Part shown: positions 1 through 13,012 of the stretch, piece by piece
Layout of the letters: each line of letters begins with the position of its first letter
Numbering within the stretch: the first letter of the stretch is position 1
Origin: Rebecca billardiae RCC1528
Taxonomy: Eukaryota > Protista > Haptophyta
DNA length: 64,000 nucleotides
Assembly (NCBI GenBank): GCA_965240325.2
Contig: OZ251248.1
Coordinates: forward strand, 434,001-498,000
Direction: 5' to 3'
The notes under the pieces: generated by a model
Database searches by the model: none
The model's input: the letters and a program-made list of their open reading frames with translations, nothing else
Told to the model about the DNA's origin: nothing
Program-made: the position numbers and the translations under genes

Positions 1-425
1 GACTGGGTAAATAGCTATGAAAATTAGAGTCTGAAGTAGTCACAAACTGAGTTTCACACCCTGGGCACTTATTGGCCATCCATAGTAACCCTACTTGGAG
101 CCCTGTGGGACACTTCGGGCGTTCATTCGGCCGCAGGAATGCGAAGATCATTTTCGGTACGCCCGGTTTCTATGATGACCGGACTGGCAGGGGTCAACCG
201 GAGCCAGAGCCCCTTTGGTCCGATCTATATATATATATATATCTAGCTGAACTAACGAGTAACGACTAACGCCGTAACGGCGTAATAATAATCATTTAAT
301 AGCAGTTTAAACGGCCGCTGCACAGCCACAGGCACAGGGCACTCCGCACTCGGCTGACTCGTATCGAGAGTATTCGGACGGTATACTCCGTATAGTCGAC
401 TGATCGTGGACAGTGATATATATAT

Positions 426-1206
426 GTCTAGCCACTCCGCCATGCCCGGCTCGTACAAGGCGTCGGGTACGAATGGACTCTGGAGCTGGATGGTCGCGGC
501 GCGCGGCGTCGTGGAGTAGACAGACCACAATGATCAATCATGGAACGATCAGGTTAGCTATGTTGGGATTTGAGCAACGAACGACAGCGGGCGCTGGCAG
601 CGGCGTGGCGGTTGAGCTGCTGCCCGAGGTCGAGAGGGCGCCCGCGAGTCGTCAGTCACTGAGCAAGGTCGATTAAGGCTGATGGCTCGCTGACACTGCA
701 GTGCTTCCATATCCGCCAGAGGCCGAGGGTGGGCGGGCGGGCAAACGATGAAGCGTGCGGGTTGACGCGACAGCGGCGAGAGCAAGAGACCATTGCATGA
801 GGGGCGACGCGGCGAAGACAGATGATGACGTCGCGCCGCCGAACGATCAGGCGGGGAGCCGGGCCACACAGACAGCCAGCGACCTTACCGAGCAGAGGGG
901 CTGCGGCGACTGCGGTGCACCTCCTGCAGCGGAGCGTGCACCCGGCAGTGCCCGATGCAGGCGATTCCCTTGCCCAGCTCGGCGCCTTCGTCGTGAGCAG
1001 CCCCATGGCGCCCCCGAGAGTGAAGCCTGATCGATCCGATGTGAGCGGTAACCAACCGAGTCCTGCAGGTGCGCCGCTGTGGGCCAGATTGGCAGCGCAC
1101 CAGGACTCCTGCGCGCGGCGGTGCGCACAGGACAACGCAGGAATGCCGTGCGAGCCGGATTCTTGGCGTCGCTCATAGACACTCAGTTATAGGTTCCCTA
1201 TAACGC

Positions 1207-1209
<3 letters not shown>
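426..1209 (-). mobile_element. Diverged member of the (TA)n-inserting element family
   Basis: Flanked by TA tracts. Ends GTCTAGCC... and ...TAGACACTCAGTTATAGGTTCCCTATAACGCCAC resemble the ends of the 29218-30961 element (GTCTAGCC... and ...TAGACAATCAGTTATTGTACCAATAACCCCAC). Confidence 0.6.

Positions 1210-1280
<71 letters not shown>
1210..1280. repeat. (TA)n microsatellite
   Basis: Pure TA run. Confidence 0.95.
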
Positions 1281-1861
<581 letters not shown>

Positions 1862-2783
1862 AAACTACTACGTACTCCGCGCCGCCTGCGGCCCGTGCCA
1901 CAGTGACTTTAACCTGTTTCTCAAAGACTCAGAGCAGGCCCGTACCGTGGTAGTCTACTGTCTCCCTGGACCTGGTAGTCTCACTCGGCACTACGTAGTA
2001 CGTCTACCGACTACCGGCCCCGCCACGGTCCGCGTAGGCTCGGCCGGCCCGCCGCGGACGGGCTCGCGGAGCGGACTGCGCGCCGCTGCATTTAACTACG
2101 TCATCAAGTGTACGCGTCACTATGCTGACTGTAGTACCGGCTAGCATGCGCACTCCGCCTGCTGTTACACTCTTCAGGCAGCCGGCGTCAGTCCGTTCAC
2201 CGTTCAATATTGATGCCGATACCGGGCACCACGGGGCTTCGTCGATCTTCGTGTCCAGTCTGACAACCGCCCCGTTCCCGTTGCGGAGTCGCCCCAGGAC
2301 ACCTGTGAGCGGCACCAACGTGACGGCGCCCGCGCCTGCGGCCCGCAGTCGGCGGTGCCGAAGCCGAGATTTGCTCGCCACGCACGGCTGCCTGTCTGTC
2401 ACCGATCCACGCGCAGCACGTCGGCCTGCCTCATCGCGTGAGGCAGCAAGGCGGCGGAACGCCGAGGGATGCGAGCGCTTCCGCGAGCGCTCCCGCGAGC
2501 GTGATGTGCGCGAGAGCTCACCAGAAGCGGTCGAGAGGCGCAGGGGCTCCGAGGTGCCGACAATGGTGGTCGTGCCGACGCCATCGGAGTGGCGCGGGCC
2601 GAACCGGCGGCGGCGCAGAAGCGAAAACCTCACAGATCGACGAAATCGTCCGGAAAACGGGAAACGTTCATCAAAGAACTCTGGGCACAGGGCTGCTTCA
2701 GCCCTCTGCATGGGCGAGGAGCGGTCGTCGGCCAGCGGGGCGACGCACGCGCCAGCCGGTGCGCTGTGCACAAGCTGGCCGGC

Positions 2784-3845
2784 ATGGTCGGCGTGAAGAA
2801 CCAGAAGCGCGCAGTGTGCGAACATGTTGGCTGCTCCAAGGTGCCTTCGTTTGGCATGCCGGGCGATGCGCGTGCCAGCCGGTGCGCTACACACAAGCTG
2901 GCCGGCATGGTCGACCTGAAGAGCAGCAAGTGTGATCACGCAGGCTGCACCAAGTGGCCTTCATTCGGCATGCCGGGCGACGCGTGCGCCAGCCGGTGCG
3001 CTGCGCACAAGCTGGCCGGCATGGTCGACCTGAATCACCCCAAGTGTGATCACACAGGCTGCACCAAGCAGCCTTACTTCGGGATGCCGGGCGACGCGCG
3101 CGCCAGCCGGTGCGCTGTGCACAAGCTGGCCGGCATGGTCGACCTGAAGAACCGCAAGTGTGAGCACACAGGCTGCACCAAGCAGCCTTCGTTCGGCATG
3201 CCGGGCGACGCGTGCGCCAGCCGGTGCGCTACGCACAAGCTGGCCGGCATGGTCGACCTGAAGCACCCCAAGTGTGATCACGCAGGCTGCACCAAGGTGC
3301 CTTTGTTCGGCATGCCGGGCGACGCGCGCGCCAGCCGGTGCGCTACGCACAAGCTGGCCGGCATGGTCGACGTGGTGAGCCGCAAGTGTGATCACGCCCG
3401 CTGCACCAAGCGGCCTTCGTTCGGCATGCCGGGCGGCGCGCGCGCCAGCCGGTGCGCTGCGCACAAGCTGGCCGGCATGGTCGACCTGAAGAGCCGCAAG
3501 TGTGATCACACAGGCTGCACCAAGGGGCCTTCGTTCGGCATGCCGGGCGACGCGCGCGCCAGCCGGTGCGCTGTGCACAAGCTGGCCGGCATGAAGCGCC
3601 TCAGGAGTGGTGCGCACATTCGGCACAAGCGTGGCCTGGAGCAAGGCTCGAGCACCACAGCGTCGAGCGCCGCCAAGCGACAGCGGACGCGCACCAGCAG
3701 CACAGGCACGACCTCTGACGCCGCAGCAGCCGCAGCGCAGCCGCGGCCGCGGTCGCAGCTGCCGCCGGTGGTCAGGGCCCGCGTTGCATCGACGCCACTA
3801 CCGCATTCTGCACGGCCTGTGGTGATGGCTAGGCGGGTCAACTGA
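2784..3845 (+). CDS. EsV-1-7-like Cys-rich repeat protein, copy 1 (7 repeats)
   Basis: Starts at the ATG of MVGVKNQK, the first ATG shared by the copies; the frame is open from 2589, so the true start is uncertain. 7 x 38-aa CxxxxC...FG.PG...C..HK..GM repeats, then a basic tail. Confidence 0.8.
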   Translation: MVGVKNQKRAVCEHVGCSKVPSFGMPGDARASRCATHKLAGMVDLKSSKCDHAGCTKWPSFGMPGDACASRCAAHKLAGMVDLNHPKCDHTGCTKQPYFGMPGDARASRCAVHKLAGMVDLKNRKCEHTGCTKQPSFGMPGDACASRCATHKLAGMVDLKHPKCDHAGCTKVPLFGMPGDARASRCATHKLAGMVDVVSRKCDHARCTKRPSFGMPGGARASRCAAHKLAGMVDLKSRKCDHTGCTKGPSFGMPGDARASRCAVHKLAGMKRLRSGAHIRHKRGLEQGSSTTASSAAKRQRTRTSSTGTTSDAAAAAAQPRPRSQLPPVVRARVASTPLPHSARPVVMARRVN

Positions 3846-3892
3846 CCGCCGCCCGGCGCGCCGCCGCTACCGCCGCCGCCGCCGCTGTGCTC

Positions 3893-4402
3893 TCGCGCGA
3901 GGAGATCGCAGGACCGATCGTCGAGTTGCTCGCCGAGTTCCACGAGCGCGCGCGCGTGCTCGCGGCGAGCGGCGCCGACGCGGGCGCGCTCGGTGGATGC
4001 TCGTCTCGCCCGCCGACCTCGAGGCGGAGACGGCGGCGGCGGCAAAGGAGGAGCGCAAGAAGGCGCAGGCGCGCGAGGCGGTGCAGGCAAAGGAGGCGGC
4101 GCGGCTGGCGATGCGCGCCGTGCCGCCCGAGGAGATGTTCCGCCCGGAGAACGACGTGCTCTTCGGACGCGAGGCGCCGTTCACGCAGTGCGCGCCGCGC
4201 GCCGTGCGCCGCGCACGCCACGCGTGCCGCGCCTGCGTCCGCTGCTCACCGCCCCTCGGGCGCTGGCCGACGCCCCCCGGGCTGCAGGTGGGACGACAGC
4301 GGCCTGCCCACGCACGGCGCGGACGGCGAGCCGCTCAGCAAGGGCGCGCGCAAGCGCGCGGAGAAGGCGTTCAGCAAGCACAAGGCCAACTTTGAGAAGT
4401 GA
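3893..4402 (+). pseudogene. Cysteinyl-tRNA synthetase C-terminal fragment (frameshifting ~82-bp deletion; intron 4188-4287)
   Basis: Splicing GT..AG gives VPPEEMFR...FTQ/WDDSGLPTHGADGEPLSKGARKRAEKAFSKHKANFEK*, matching the eukaryotic CysRS C-terminus pattern. Confidence 0.7.
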
Positions 4403-5434
4403 ATGGCCGCCGGCTGCGCCTGACTTGCTTGATTTTGATGTGGCTCAAACCCCGCTGCCGCCCGCTTGCCGCGCGCGACGGATAAATATATACCAAATAG
4501 GCCGCCGCCCGCCGTCTCTGACTCTGAGTCTGAGTCTGAGGCCGTCGGCGTCGGCGGCCCGGTCGCGGACTGCGGCGGGCGCGCCGGCCCGCCCGCCGGG
4601 CGCCGCGCCCCGGGCGCCGCTGCAGCCTGCATGTATGAGTCATCATGTAATATGTATCGGATAATAATTAAATATGTCGTAACCGGGCGTTTATTTACTA
4701 CCGCCACCGGCACTCGTCCGGGCGTCCCGTCGTCTGACGTCATTCATCATCTGAACTGCTGTGCGGACGATTGTACGACTGGCATGCGCGCACTCGATGT
4801 GCCTGCTGTGAAGCTCTTCGTCAGACAGCCCGTCAGTTGACGATACCGACTCATACCGCCGGGGCCACCGGCCGCGAGTTCACGGCGGTGTCGGCGCACT
4901 TCGTCTTCGTATCCAGTCTGACAACCGCTCTCCATTCCCGTTGCGAAGTCGACCCACGACACATGTGGGCGGCGCCAAGGTGACGGCGCCCGCGCCTGCG
5001 GCCCGCAGTCGGCGGTGCCGAAGCCGAGCTTTGCTCGCCACGCACGGCTGTCTGTCTGTCACCGATCCACGCGCAGCACGTCGGCCGGCCTGCCTCATCG
5101 CGTGAGGCAGCAAGGCGGCGGAACGCCGAGGGATGCGAGCGCTTCCGCGAGCGCTCCCGCGAGCGTGATGTGCGCGAGAGCTCACCAGAAGCGGTCGAGA
5201 GGCGCAGGGGCTCCGAGGTGCCGACAAGGGTGGTCGTGCCGACGCCATCGGGTGGCGCGGGCCGAACCGGCGGCGCAGAAGCGAAAACCTCACAAATCGC
5301 CTGGAAAACGGGAAACGTTCATCAAAGAACTCTGGGCGCAGGACTGCTGCAGCCCTCTGCGTGGGCGAGGAGCGGTCGTCGGCCAGCGGGGCGACGCACG
5401 CGCCAGCCGGTGCGCTGTGGACAAGCTGGCCGGC

Positions 5435-6382
5435 ATGGTCGGCGTGAAGAACCAGAAGCGCGCAGTGTGCGAACATGTTGGCTGCACCAAGGTGCCTTCG
5501 TTTGGCATGCCGGGCGACGCGCGCGCCAGCCGGTGCGCTACGCACAAGCTGGTTGGCATGGTCGACCTGAAGAACCCCAGGTGTGATCGCACGGGCTGCA
5601 CCACGCGGCCTTACTTCGGGATGCCGGGCGACGCGTGCGCCAGCCGGTGCGCTACGCACAAGCTGGGTGGCATGGTCGACGTGGTGAGCCGCAAGTGTGA
5701 TCACACAGGCTGCACCATGCGGCCTTCGTTCGGCATGCCGGGCGACGCGCGCGCCAGCCGGTGTGCTACGCACAAGCTGGGTGGCATGGTCGACGTGGTG
5801 AGCCCCAAGTGCGGTCACGCGGGCTGCACCAAGTGGCCTTCATTCGGCATGCCGGGCGACAAGCGCGCCAGCCGGTGCGCTACGCACAAGCTGGGTGGCA
5901 TGGTCGACGTGGTGAGCCGCAAGTGTGATCACACAGACTGCAACACGCGGCCTTTGTTCGGCATGCCGGACGACGCGTGCGCCAGCCGGTGCGCTACGCA
6001 CAAGCTGGCCGGCATGGTCGACGTGGTGAGCCGCAAGTGTGATCACGCCCGCTGCACCAAGCGGCCTTCGTTTGGCATGCCGGGCGACGCGCGCGCCAGC
6101 CGGTGCGCTGTGCACAAGCTGCCCGGCATGAAGCGCCTCAGGAGTGGTGCGCACATTCGGCACAAGCGTGGCCTGGAGCAAGGCTCGAGCACCACAGCGT
6201 CGAGCGCCACCAAGCGACAGCGGACGCGCACCAGCAGCACAGGCACGACCTCTGACGCCGCAGCAGCCGCAGCGCAGCCGCGGCCGCGGTCGCAGCTGCC
6301 GCCGGTGGTCAAGGCCCGCGTTGCATCGACGCCACTACCGCATACTGCACGGCCTGTGGTGATGGCTAGGCGGGTCAACTGA
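5435..6382 (+). CDS. EsV-1-7-like repeat protein, copy 2 (6 repeats)
   Basis: 948 bp = 6x114+264; frame open from 5015. Confidence 0.8.
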   Translation: MVGVKNQKRAVCEHVGCTKVPSFGMPGDARASRCATHKLVGMVDLKNPRCDRTGCTTRPYFGMPGDACASRCATHKLGGMVDVVSRKCDHTGCTMRPSFGMPGDARASRCATHKLGGMVDVVSPKCGHAGCTKWPSFGMPGDKRASRCATHKLGGMVDVVSRKCDHTDCNTRPLFGMPDDACASRCATHKLAGMVDVVSRKCDHARCTKRPSFGMPGDARASRCAVHKLPGMKRLRSGAHIRHKRGLEQGSSTTASSATKRQRTRTSSTGTTSDAAAAAAQPRPRSQLPPVVKARVASTPLPHTARPVVMARRVN

Positions 6383-6426
6383 CCGCCGCCCGGCGCGCCG
6401 CCGCCGCCGCCGCCACCGCTGTGCAC

Positions 6427-6839
6427 TCGCGCGAGCAGATCGCAGGGCCAATCGTCGAGGTGCTCGCCGAGATCTGCGAGCGCGTGCGCGTGCTCGCGGC
6501 GAGCGGCGTCGACGCGGGCGCGCTCGGTGGATGCTCGTCTCGCCCGCCGACCTCGAGCCGGAGGCAGTGGCGGAGGTGAAGGAGGAGCGCAAGAAGGCGC
6601 AGGCGCGTGAGGCGGTGCAGGCAAAGGAGGCGGCGCGGCTGGAGATGCGCGCCGTGTCGCCCGAGCAGATGTTCCGCCCAGTGAATGACGTGCTCTTCGG
6701 ACGCGAGGCGCCGTTCACGCAGTGCGCGCCCCGCGCCGTGCGCCGCGCGCGCTACGCGTGTCGCGCCTGTGTCCGCCGGCGCAAGCGCGCGGAGAAGGTG
6801 TTCAGCAAGCACAAGGTCAAGGCCATCTTTGTGAAGTGA
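6427..6839 (+). pseudogene. CysRS C-terminal fragment, further deleted (Y type)
   Basis: Homologous to 3893-4402 but lacks the intron acceptor and the WDDSGLPTH segment. Confidence 0.6.
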
Positions 6840-8125
6840 ATGGCCGCCGTCTGCGCCCGACTTGCTTGATGTGGCGCAAACCCCGCTGCCGCCCGCGTGC
6901 CGTGCTCGACGGATATAGCCGCTGCACGCGTACAGCAGCGGCAGCGCAGTCGTCAGTCCGGCCCGCCGCCCGTCACTACTGTCTACTCACTCTGCAGCGG
7001 CACGCCAAGCACCGTATATATAAGGTTGAACTTTTCCTTTGGTCCGATCTGTATATCTAGCTGATGAACTATATATATATATATATAACGACTAATGCCG
7101 TAATAACGGCGTACGTAATAGTTGAATAAACGGCCGGCGCCACGGGCACTGATGCGACCGTATGGCGTATATCGAGTAGTATCGACTATATCGCGGATAT
7201 ATATATGCTGAAACTACTACGTACTCCGCGCGCCGCCTGCGGCCCGTGCCACAGTGACTTTAACCTGTTTCTCAAAGACTCAGAGCAGGCCCGTACCGTG
7301 GTAGTCTACTGTCTCCCTGGACCTGGTAGTCTACTCACTACGTCTACCGTCCTGACGGTATAATCAACGCCGTACGGTCTAGGCTCGGCCGGCCCGCCGC
7401 GGACGGGCTCGCGGAGCGGACTGCGCGCCGCTGCATTTAACTACGTCATCAAGTGTACGCGTCACTATGCTGACTGTAGTACCGGCTAGCATGCGCACTC
7501 CGCCTGCTGTTACACTCTTCAGGCAGCCGGCGTCAGTCCGTTCACCGTTGAATGTTAATTATTGATGCCGATACCGGGCACCACGGGGCTTCGTCGATCT
7601 TCGTGTCCAGTCTGACAACCGCCCCGTTCCCGTTGCGGAGTCGCCCCAGGACACCTGTGAGCGGCACCAACGTGACGGCGCCCGCGCCTGCGGCCCGCAG
7701 TCGGCGGTGCCGAAGCCGAGATTTGCTCGCCACGCACGGCTGTCTGTCTGTCACCGATCCACACGCAGCACGTCAGCCTGCCTCATCGCGTGAGGCAGCA
7801 AGGCGGTGGAACGCCGAGGGATGCAAGCGCTTCCGCGAGCGCTCCCGCGAGCGTGATGTGCGCGAGAGCTCACCAGAAGCGGTCGAGAGGCGAGGGGCTC
7901 CGAGGTGCCGACAAGGGTGGTCGTGCCGACGCCATCGGAGTGGCGCGGGCCGAACCGGCGGCGGCGCAGAAGCGAAAACCTCACAAATCGTCTGGAAAAC
8001 GGGAAACGTTCATCAAAGAACTCTGGGCGCAGGACTGCTGCAGCCCTCTGCGTGGGCGAGGAGCGGTCGTCGGCCAGCGGGGCGACGCACGCGCCAGCCG
8101 GTGCGCTGTGGACAAGCTGGCCGGC

Positions 8126-9415
8126 ATGGTCGGCGTGAAGAACCAGAAGCGCGCAGTGTGCGAACATGTTGGCTGCACCAAGGTGCCTTCGTTTGGCATG
8201 CCGGGCGACGCGCGCGCCAGCCGGTGCGCTGCGCACAAGCTGGCCGGCATGGTTGACGTGAAGAATAGCAGTTGTGCTCACACCGGCTGCACCAAGGGGC
8301 CTTCGTTTGGCATGCCGGGCGACGCGCGCGCCAGCCGGTGCGCTGTGCACAAGCTGGCCGGCACGGTCGACCTGAAGCACCCCAAGTGCGATCACACCGG
8401 CTGCACCAAGGTGCCTTCGTTCGGCATGCTGGGCGACGCGCGCCCCAGCCGGTGCGCTGCGCACAAGCTGGCTGGCATGGTCGACCTGAAGAACCCCAAG
8501 TGTGATCACACAGGCTGCACCAAGCGGCCTTCGTTCGGCATGCCGGGCGACGCGGGCTCCAGCCGGTGCGCTACGCACAAGCTTGCCGGCATGGTCGACC
8601 TGAAGAGCCGCAAGTGCGATCACACCGGCTGCACCACGCGGCCTTACTTCGGGATGCCGGGCGACGCGGGCGCCAGCCGGTGCGCTACGCACAAGCTGGT
8701 TGGCATGGTCGACCTGAAGAGCCGCAAGTGTGACCACGCAGGCTGCACTAAGCAGCCTTTGTTCGGCATGCCGGGTGACGCGCGCGCCAGCCGGTGCGCT
8801 GTGCACAAGCTGACCGGCATGGTCGACGTGGTGAAGCGCAAGTGTGATCACACAGGCTGCACCATGCGGCCTTCGTTCGGCATGCCGGGCGACGCGCGCG
8901 CCAGCCGGTGCGCTACGCACAAGCTGGCCGGCATGGTCGACGTGAACAACCCCAAGTGTGAGCACGCGAGCTGCACCAAGCGGCCTTCGTTCGGCATGCC
9001 GGGCGACGTGCGCGCCAGCCGGTGCGCTACGCACAAGCTGGCCGGCATGGTCGACGTGATGCACCCCAAGTGTGAGCACGCGAGCTGCACCAAGTGGCCT
9101 TCATTCGGCATGCCGGGCGACGCGCGCGCCAGCCGGTGCGCTGTGCACAAGCTGGCTGGCATGAAGCGCCTTGGGAGTGGTGCGCACATTCGGCACAAGC
9201 GTGGCCTGGAGCAAGGCTCGAGCACCACAGCGTCGAGCGCCGCCAAGCGACAGCGGACGCGCACCAGCAGCACAGGCACGACCTCTGACGCCGCAGCAGC
9301 CGCAGCGCAGCCGCGGCCGCGGTCGCAGCTGCCGCCGGTGGTCAAGGCCCGCGTTGCATCGACACCACTACCGCATACTGCACGGCCTGTGGTGATGGCT
9401 AGGCGGGTCAACTGA
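8126..9415 (+). CDS. EsV-1-7-like repeat protein, copy 3 (9 repeats)
   Basis: 1290 bp = 9x114+264; frame open from 7790. Confidence 0.8.
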   Translation: MVGVKNQKRAVCEHVGCTKVPSFGMPGDARASRCAAHKLAGMVDVKNSSCAHTGCTKGPSFGMPGDARASRCAVHKLAGTVDLKHPKCDHTGCTKVPSFGMLGDARPSRCAAHKLAGMVDLKNPKCDHTGCTKRPSFGMPGDAGSSRCATHKLAGMVDLKSRKCDHTGCTTRPYFGMPGDAGASRCATHKLVGMVDLKSRKCDHAGCTKQPLFGMPGDARASRCAVHKLTGMVDVVKRKCDHTGCTMRPSFGMPGDARASRCATHKLAGMVDVNNPKCEHASCTKRPSFGMPGDVRASRCATHKLAGMVDVMHPKCEHASCTKWPSFGMPGDARASRCAVHKLAGMKRLGSGAHIRHKRGLEQGSSTTASSAAKRQRTRTSSTGTTSDAAAAAAQPRPRSQLPPVVKARVASTPLPHTARPVVMARRVN

Positions 9416-9459
9416 CCGCTGCCCGGCACGCCGCCGCCGCCGCCGTCGCCGCAGCAATT

Positions 9460-9969
9460 TCGCGCGAGGAGATCGCAGGGCCGATCGTCGAGGTGCTCAC
9501 CGAGCTCCGCGAGCGCGTGCGCGTGCTCCGGGCGAGCGGCGCCGAGGCGGGCGCGCTCGCTGGATGCTCGTCTCGCCTGCCGACCTCGAGCCGGAGGCAG
9601 TGGCGGAGGTGAAGGAGGAGCGCAAGAAGGCGCAGGCGCGTGAGGCGGTGCAGGCAAAGGAGGCGGCGCGGCTGGCGATGCGCGCCGTGCCGCCCGAGCA
9701 GATGTTCCGCCCCGAGAACGACGTGCTCTTCGGACGCGAGGCGCCGTTCACGCAGTGCGCGCCGCGCGCACTGCGCCGCGCGCGCCACGCGTGCCGCGCC
9801 TGCGTCCGCCGCTCACCGCCCCTCGGGCGCTGGCCGACGCCCCCCGGGCTGCAGGTGGGACGACAGCGGCCTGCCCACCCACGGCGCAGACGGCGAGCCG
9901 CTCAGCAAGGGCGCGCGCAAGCGCGCGGAGAAGGCGTTCAGCAAGCACAAGGCCAACTTTGAGAAGTGA
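9460..9969 (+). pseudogene. CysRS C-terminal fragment (X type)
   Basis: Same structure as 3893-4402. Confidence 0.65.
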
Positions 9970-11144
9970 ATGGCCGCCGGCTGCGCCTGACTTGCTAGCA
10001 GCTTGATTTTGATGTGGCTCAAACCCCGCTGCCGCCCGCTTGCCGCGCGCGACGGATAAATAATATATATATATATACCAAATAGGCCGCCGCCCGCCGT
10101 CTCTGACTCTGAGTCTGAGTCTGAGGCCGTCGGCGTCGGCGGCCCGGTCCGGCGGACCGTGCGGCGGGCGCGCCGGCCCGCGCCCGCCGGGCGCCGCGCC
10201 CGCCCGGGCGCCGCTGCAGCCTGCCGCACTAGTACAAGAGTGCGTACAGTTTATTTGTTTTAACGTGCGTAAGGCTCACGGTGGCAGGTTGCCGCGCCAT
10301 CCTTCATCGCACGCTCTCCGAAGAGAGACCTGGAAACTGGGGGTTTGAACCCATGACCTCAGACGCAAGTGACTAAATAGTAAATACTATTAAATAGTAA
10401 ATATGTCGTAACCGCCACCGGCACTCGTCCGGGCGTCCCGTCGTCTGACGTCATTCATCTGAACTGCTGTGCGGACGATTGTACGACTGGCATGCGCGCA
10501 CTCGATGTGCCTGCTGTGAAGCTCTTCGTCAGACAGCCCGTCAGTTGACGATACCGACTCATACCGCCGGGGCCACCGGCCGCGAGTTCACGGCGGTGTC
10601 GGCGCACTTCGTCTTCGTGTCCAGTCTGACAACCGCTCTCCATTCCCGTTGCGAAGTCGACCCACGACACATGTGGGCGGCGCCAAGGTGACGGCGCCCG
10701 CGCCTGCGGCCCGCAGTAGGCGGTGCCGAAGCCGAGCTTTGCTCGCCACGCACGGCTGTCTGTCTGTCACCGATCCACGCGCAGCACGTCGGCCGGCCTG
10801 CCTCATCGCGTGAGGCAGCAAGGCGGTGGAACGCCGAGGGATGCGAGCGCTTCCGCGAGCGCTCCCGCGAGCGTGATGTGCGCGAGAGCTCACCAGAAGC
10901 GGTCGAGAGGCGAGGGGCTCCGAGGTGCCGACAATGGTGGTCGTGCCGACGCCATCGGAGTCGCGCGGGCCGAACCGGCGCGGCTGGAGAAGCGGAAATC
11001 GTCATGCGGAAAACGGGAAACGTTCATCGTCGGCGCAGAGGAAGCACTGCTGCAGGCTGCAGCCCTCCGCCTGGGCGAGGAGCGGTCGTCGGCCAGCGGG
11101 GCGACGCGCGCGCCAGCCGGTGCGCTGTGGACAAGCTGGCTGGC

Positions 11145-12320
11145 ATGGTCGGCGTGAAGCACCAGAAGCGCGCAGTGTGCGAACATGTTGGCTGCACCAA
11201 GGTGCCTTCGTTTGGCATGCCGGGCGACGCGCGCGCCAGCCGGTGCGCTACACACAAGCTGGCCGGCATGGTCGACGTGGTGAGCCGCAGGTGTGATCAC
11301 GCGGGCTGCACCACGCGCCCTTTGTGTGGCATGCCGGGTGACGCGCGCGCCAGCCGGTGCGCTGCGCACAAGCTGGCTGGCATGATCGACGTGGTGAGCC
11401 GCAAGTGTGAATGTACCGGCTGCACCAAGCGGCCTTACTTCGGCATGCCGGGCGACGCGCGCGCCAGCCGGTGCGCTACGCACAAGCTGGCCGGCATGGT
11501 CGACCTGAAGCACCCCAAGTGCGATCACACCGGCTGCACCAAGGTGCCTTCGTTCGGCATGCTGGGCGACGCGCGCCCCAGCCGGTGCGCTGCGCATAAG
11601 CTGGCCGGCATGGTCGACGTGGTGAGCCGCAAGTGTGATCACGCAGGCTGCACCAAGGTGCCTTCGGTCGGCATGCCGGGCGACGCGCGCGCCAGCCGGT
11701 GCGCTACGCACAAGCTGGTTGGCATGGTCGACCTGAAGCACCCCAAGTGTGATCACACAGGCTGCACCAAGCGGCCTTCGTTCGGCATGCCGGGCGACGC
11801 GTGCGCCAGCCGGTGCGCTACGCACAAGCTGGGTGGCATGGTCGACGTGGTGAGCCGCAAGTGTGATCACACAGACTGCAACACGCGGCCTTTGTTCGGC
11901 ATGCCGGACGACGCGTGCGCCAGCCGGTGCGCTACGCACAAGCTGGCCGGCATGGTCGACGTGGTGAGCCGCAAGTGTGATCACGCCCGCTGCACCAAGC
12001 GGCCTTCGTTTGGCATGCCGGGCGACGCGCGCGCCAGCCGGTGCGCTGTGCACAAGCTGGCTGCCATGACGTGCCTTGGGAGTGGTGCGCACATTCGGCA
12101 CAAGCGTGGGCTGGAGCAAGGCTCGAGCACCACAGCGTCGAGCGCCGCCAAGCGACAGCGGACGCGCACCAGCAGCACAGGCACGACCTCTGACGCCGCA
12201 GCAGCCGCAGCGCAGCCGCGGCCGCGGTCGCAGCTGCCGCCGGTGGTCAAGGCCCGCGTTGCATCGACACCACTATCGCATTCTGCACGGCCTGTGGTGA
12301 TGGCTAGGCGGGTCAACTGA
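11145..12320 (+). CDS. EsV-1-7-like repeat protein, copy 4 (8 repeats)
   Basis: 1176 bp = 8x114+264; frame open from 10878. Confidence 0.8.
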   Translation: MVGVKHQKRAVCEHVGCTKVPSFGMPGDARASRCATHKLAGMVDVVSRRCDHAGCTTRPLCGMPGDARASRCAAHKLAGMIDVVSRKCECTGCTKRPYFGMPGDARASRCATHKLAGMVDLKHPKCDHTGCTKVPSFGMLGDARPSRCAAHKLAGMVDVVSRKCDHAGCTKVPSVGMPGDARASRCATHKLVGMVDLKHPKCDHTGCTKRPSFGMPGDACASRCATHKLGGMVDVVSRKCDHTDCNTRPLFGMPDDACASRCATHKLAGMVDVVSRKCDHARCTKRPSFGMPGDARASRCAVHKLAAMTCLGSGAHIRHKRGLEQGSSTTASSAAKRQRTRTSSTGTTSDAAAAAAQPRPRSQLPPVVKARVASTPLSHSARPVVMARRVN

Positions 12321-12364
12321 CCGCCGCCCGGCGCGCCGCCGCCGCCGCCGCCACCGCTGTGCTC

Positions 12365-12777
12365 TCGCGCGAGGAGATCGCAGGGCCAATCGTCGAGGTG
12401 CTCGCCGAGATCTGCGAGCGCGTGCGCGTGCTCGCGGCGAGCGGCGTCGACGCGGGCGCGCTCGGTGGATGCTCGTCTCTCCCGCCGACCTCGAGGCGGA
12501 AGCGGCGGCGGCGGCAACGGAGGAGCGCAAGGAGGCGCAGGCGCGCGAGGCGGTGCAGGCAAAGGAGGCGGCGCGGCTGGAGATGCGCGCCGTGTCGCCC
12601 GAGCAGATGTTCCGCCCAGTGAATGACGTGCTCTTCGGACGCGAGGCGCCGTTCACGCAGTGCGCGCCCCGCGCCGTGCGCCGTGCGCGCTACGCGTGTC
12701 GCGCCTGTGTCCGCCGGCGCAAGCGCGCGGAGAAGGTGTTCAGCAAGCACAAGGTCAAGGCCATCTTTGTGAAGTGA
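12365..12777 (+). pseudogene. CysRS C-terminal fragment (Y type)
   Basis: Same structure as 6427-6839. Confidence 0.6.
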
Positions 12778-13012
12778 ATGGCCGCCGTCTGCGCCCGACT
12801 TGCTTGATGTGGCGCAAACCCCGCTGCCGCCCGCGTGCCGTGCTCGACGGATATAGCCGCTGCACGCGTACAGCAGCGGCAGCGCAGTCGTCAGTCCGGC
12901 CCGCCGCCCGTCACTACTGTCTACTCGCTCTGCAGCGGCACGCCAAGCACCGTATATATAAGGTTGAACTTTTCCTTTGGTCCGATCTGTATATCTAGCT
13001 GATGAACTATAT

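Noticed and set aside
7751-9079. Long antisense ORFs over the repeat genes (VDHAGQLVRSAPAG...)
   Set aside because: Shadow frames of GC-rich coding DNA, broken by stops at variable places among copies.
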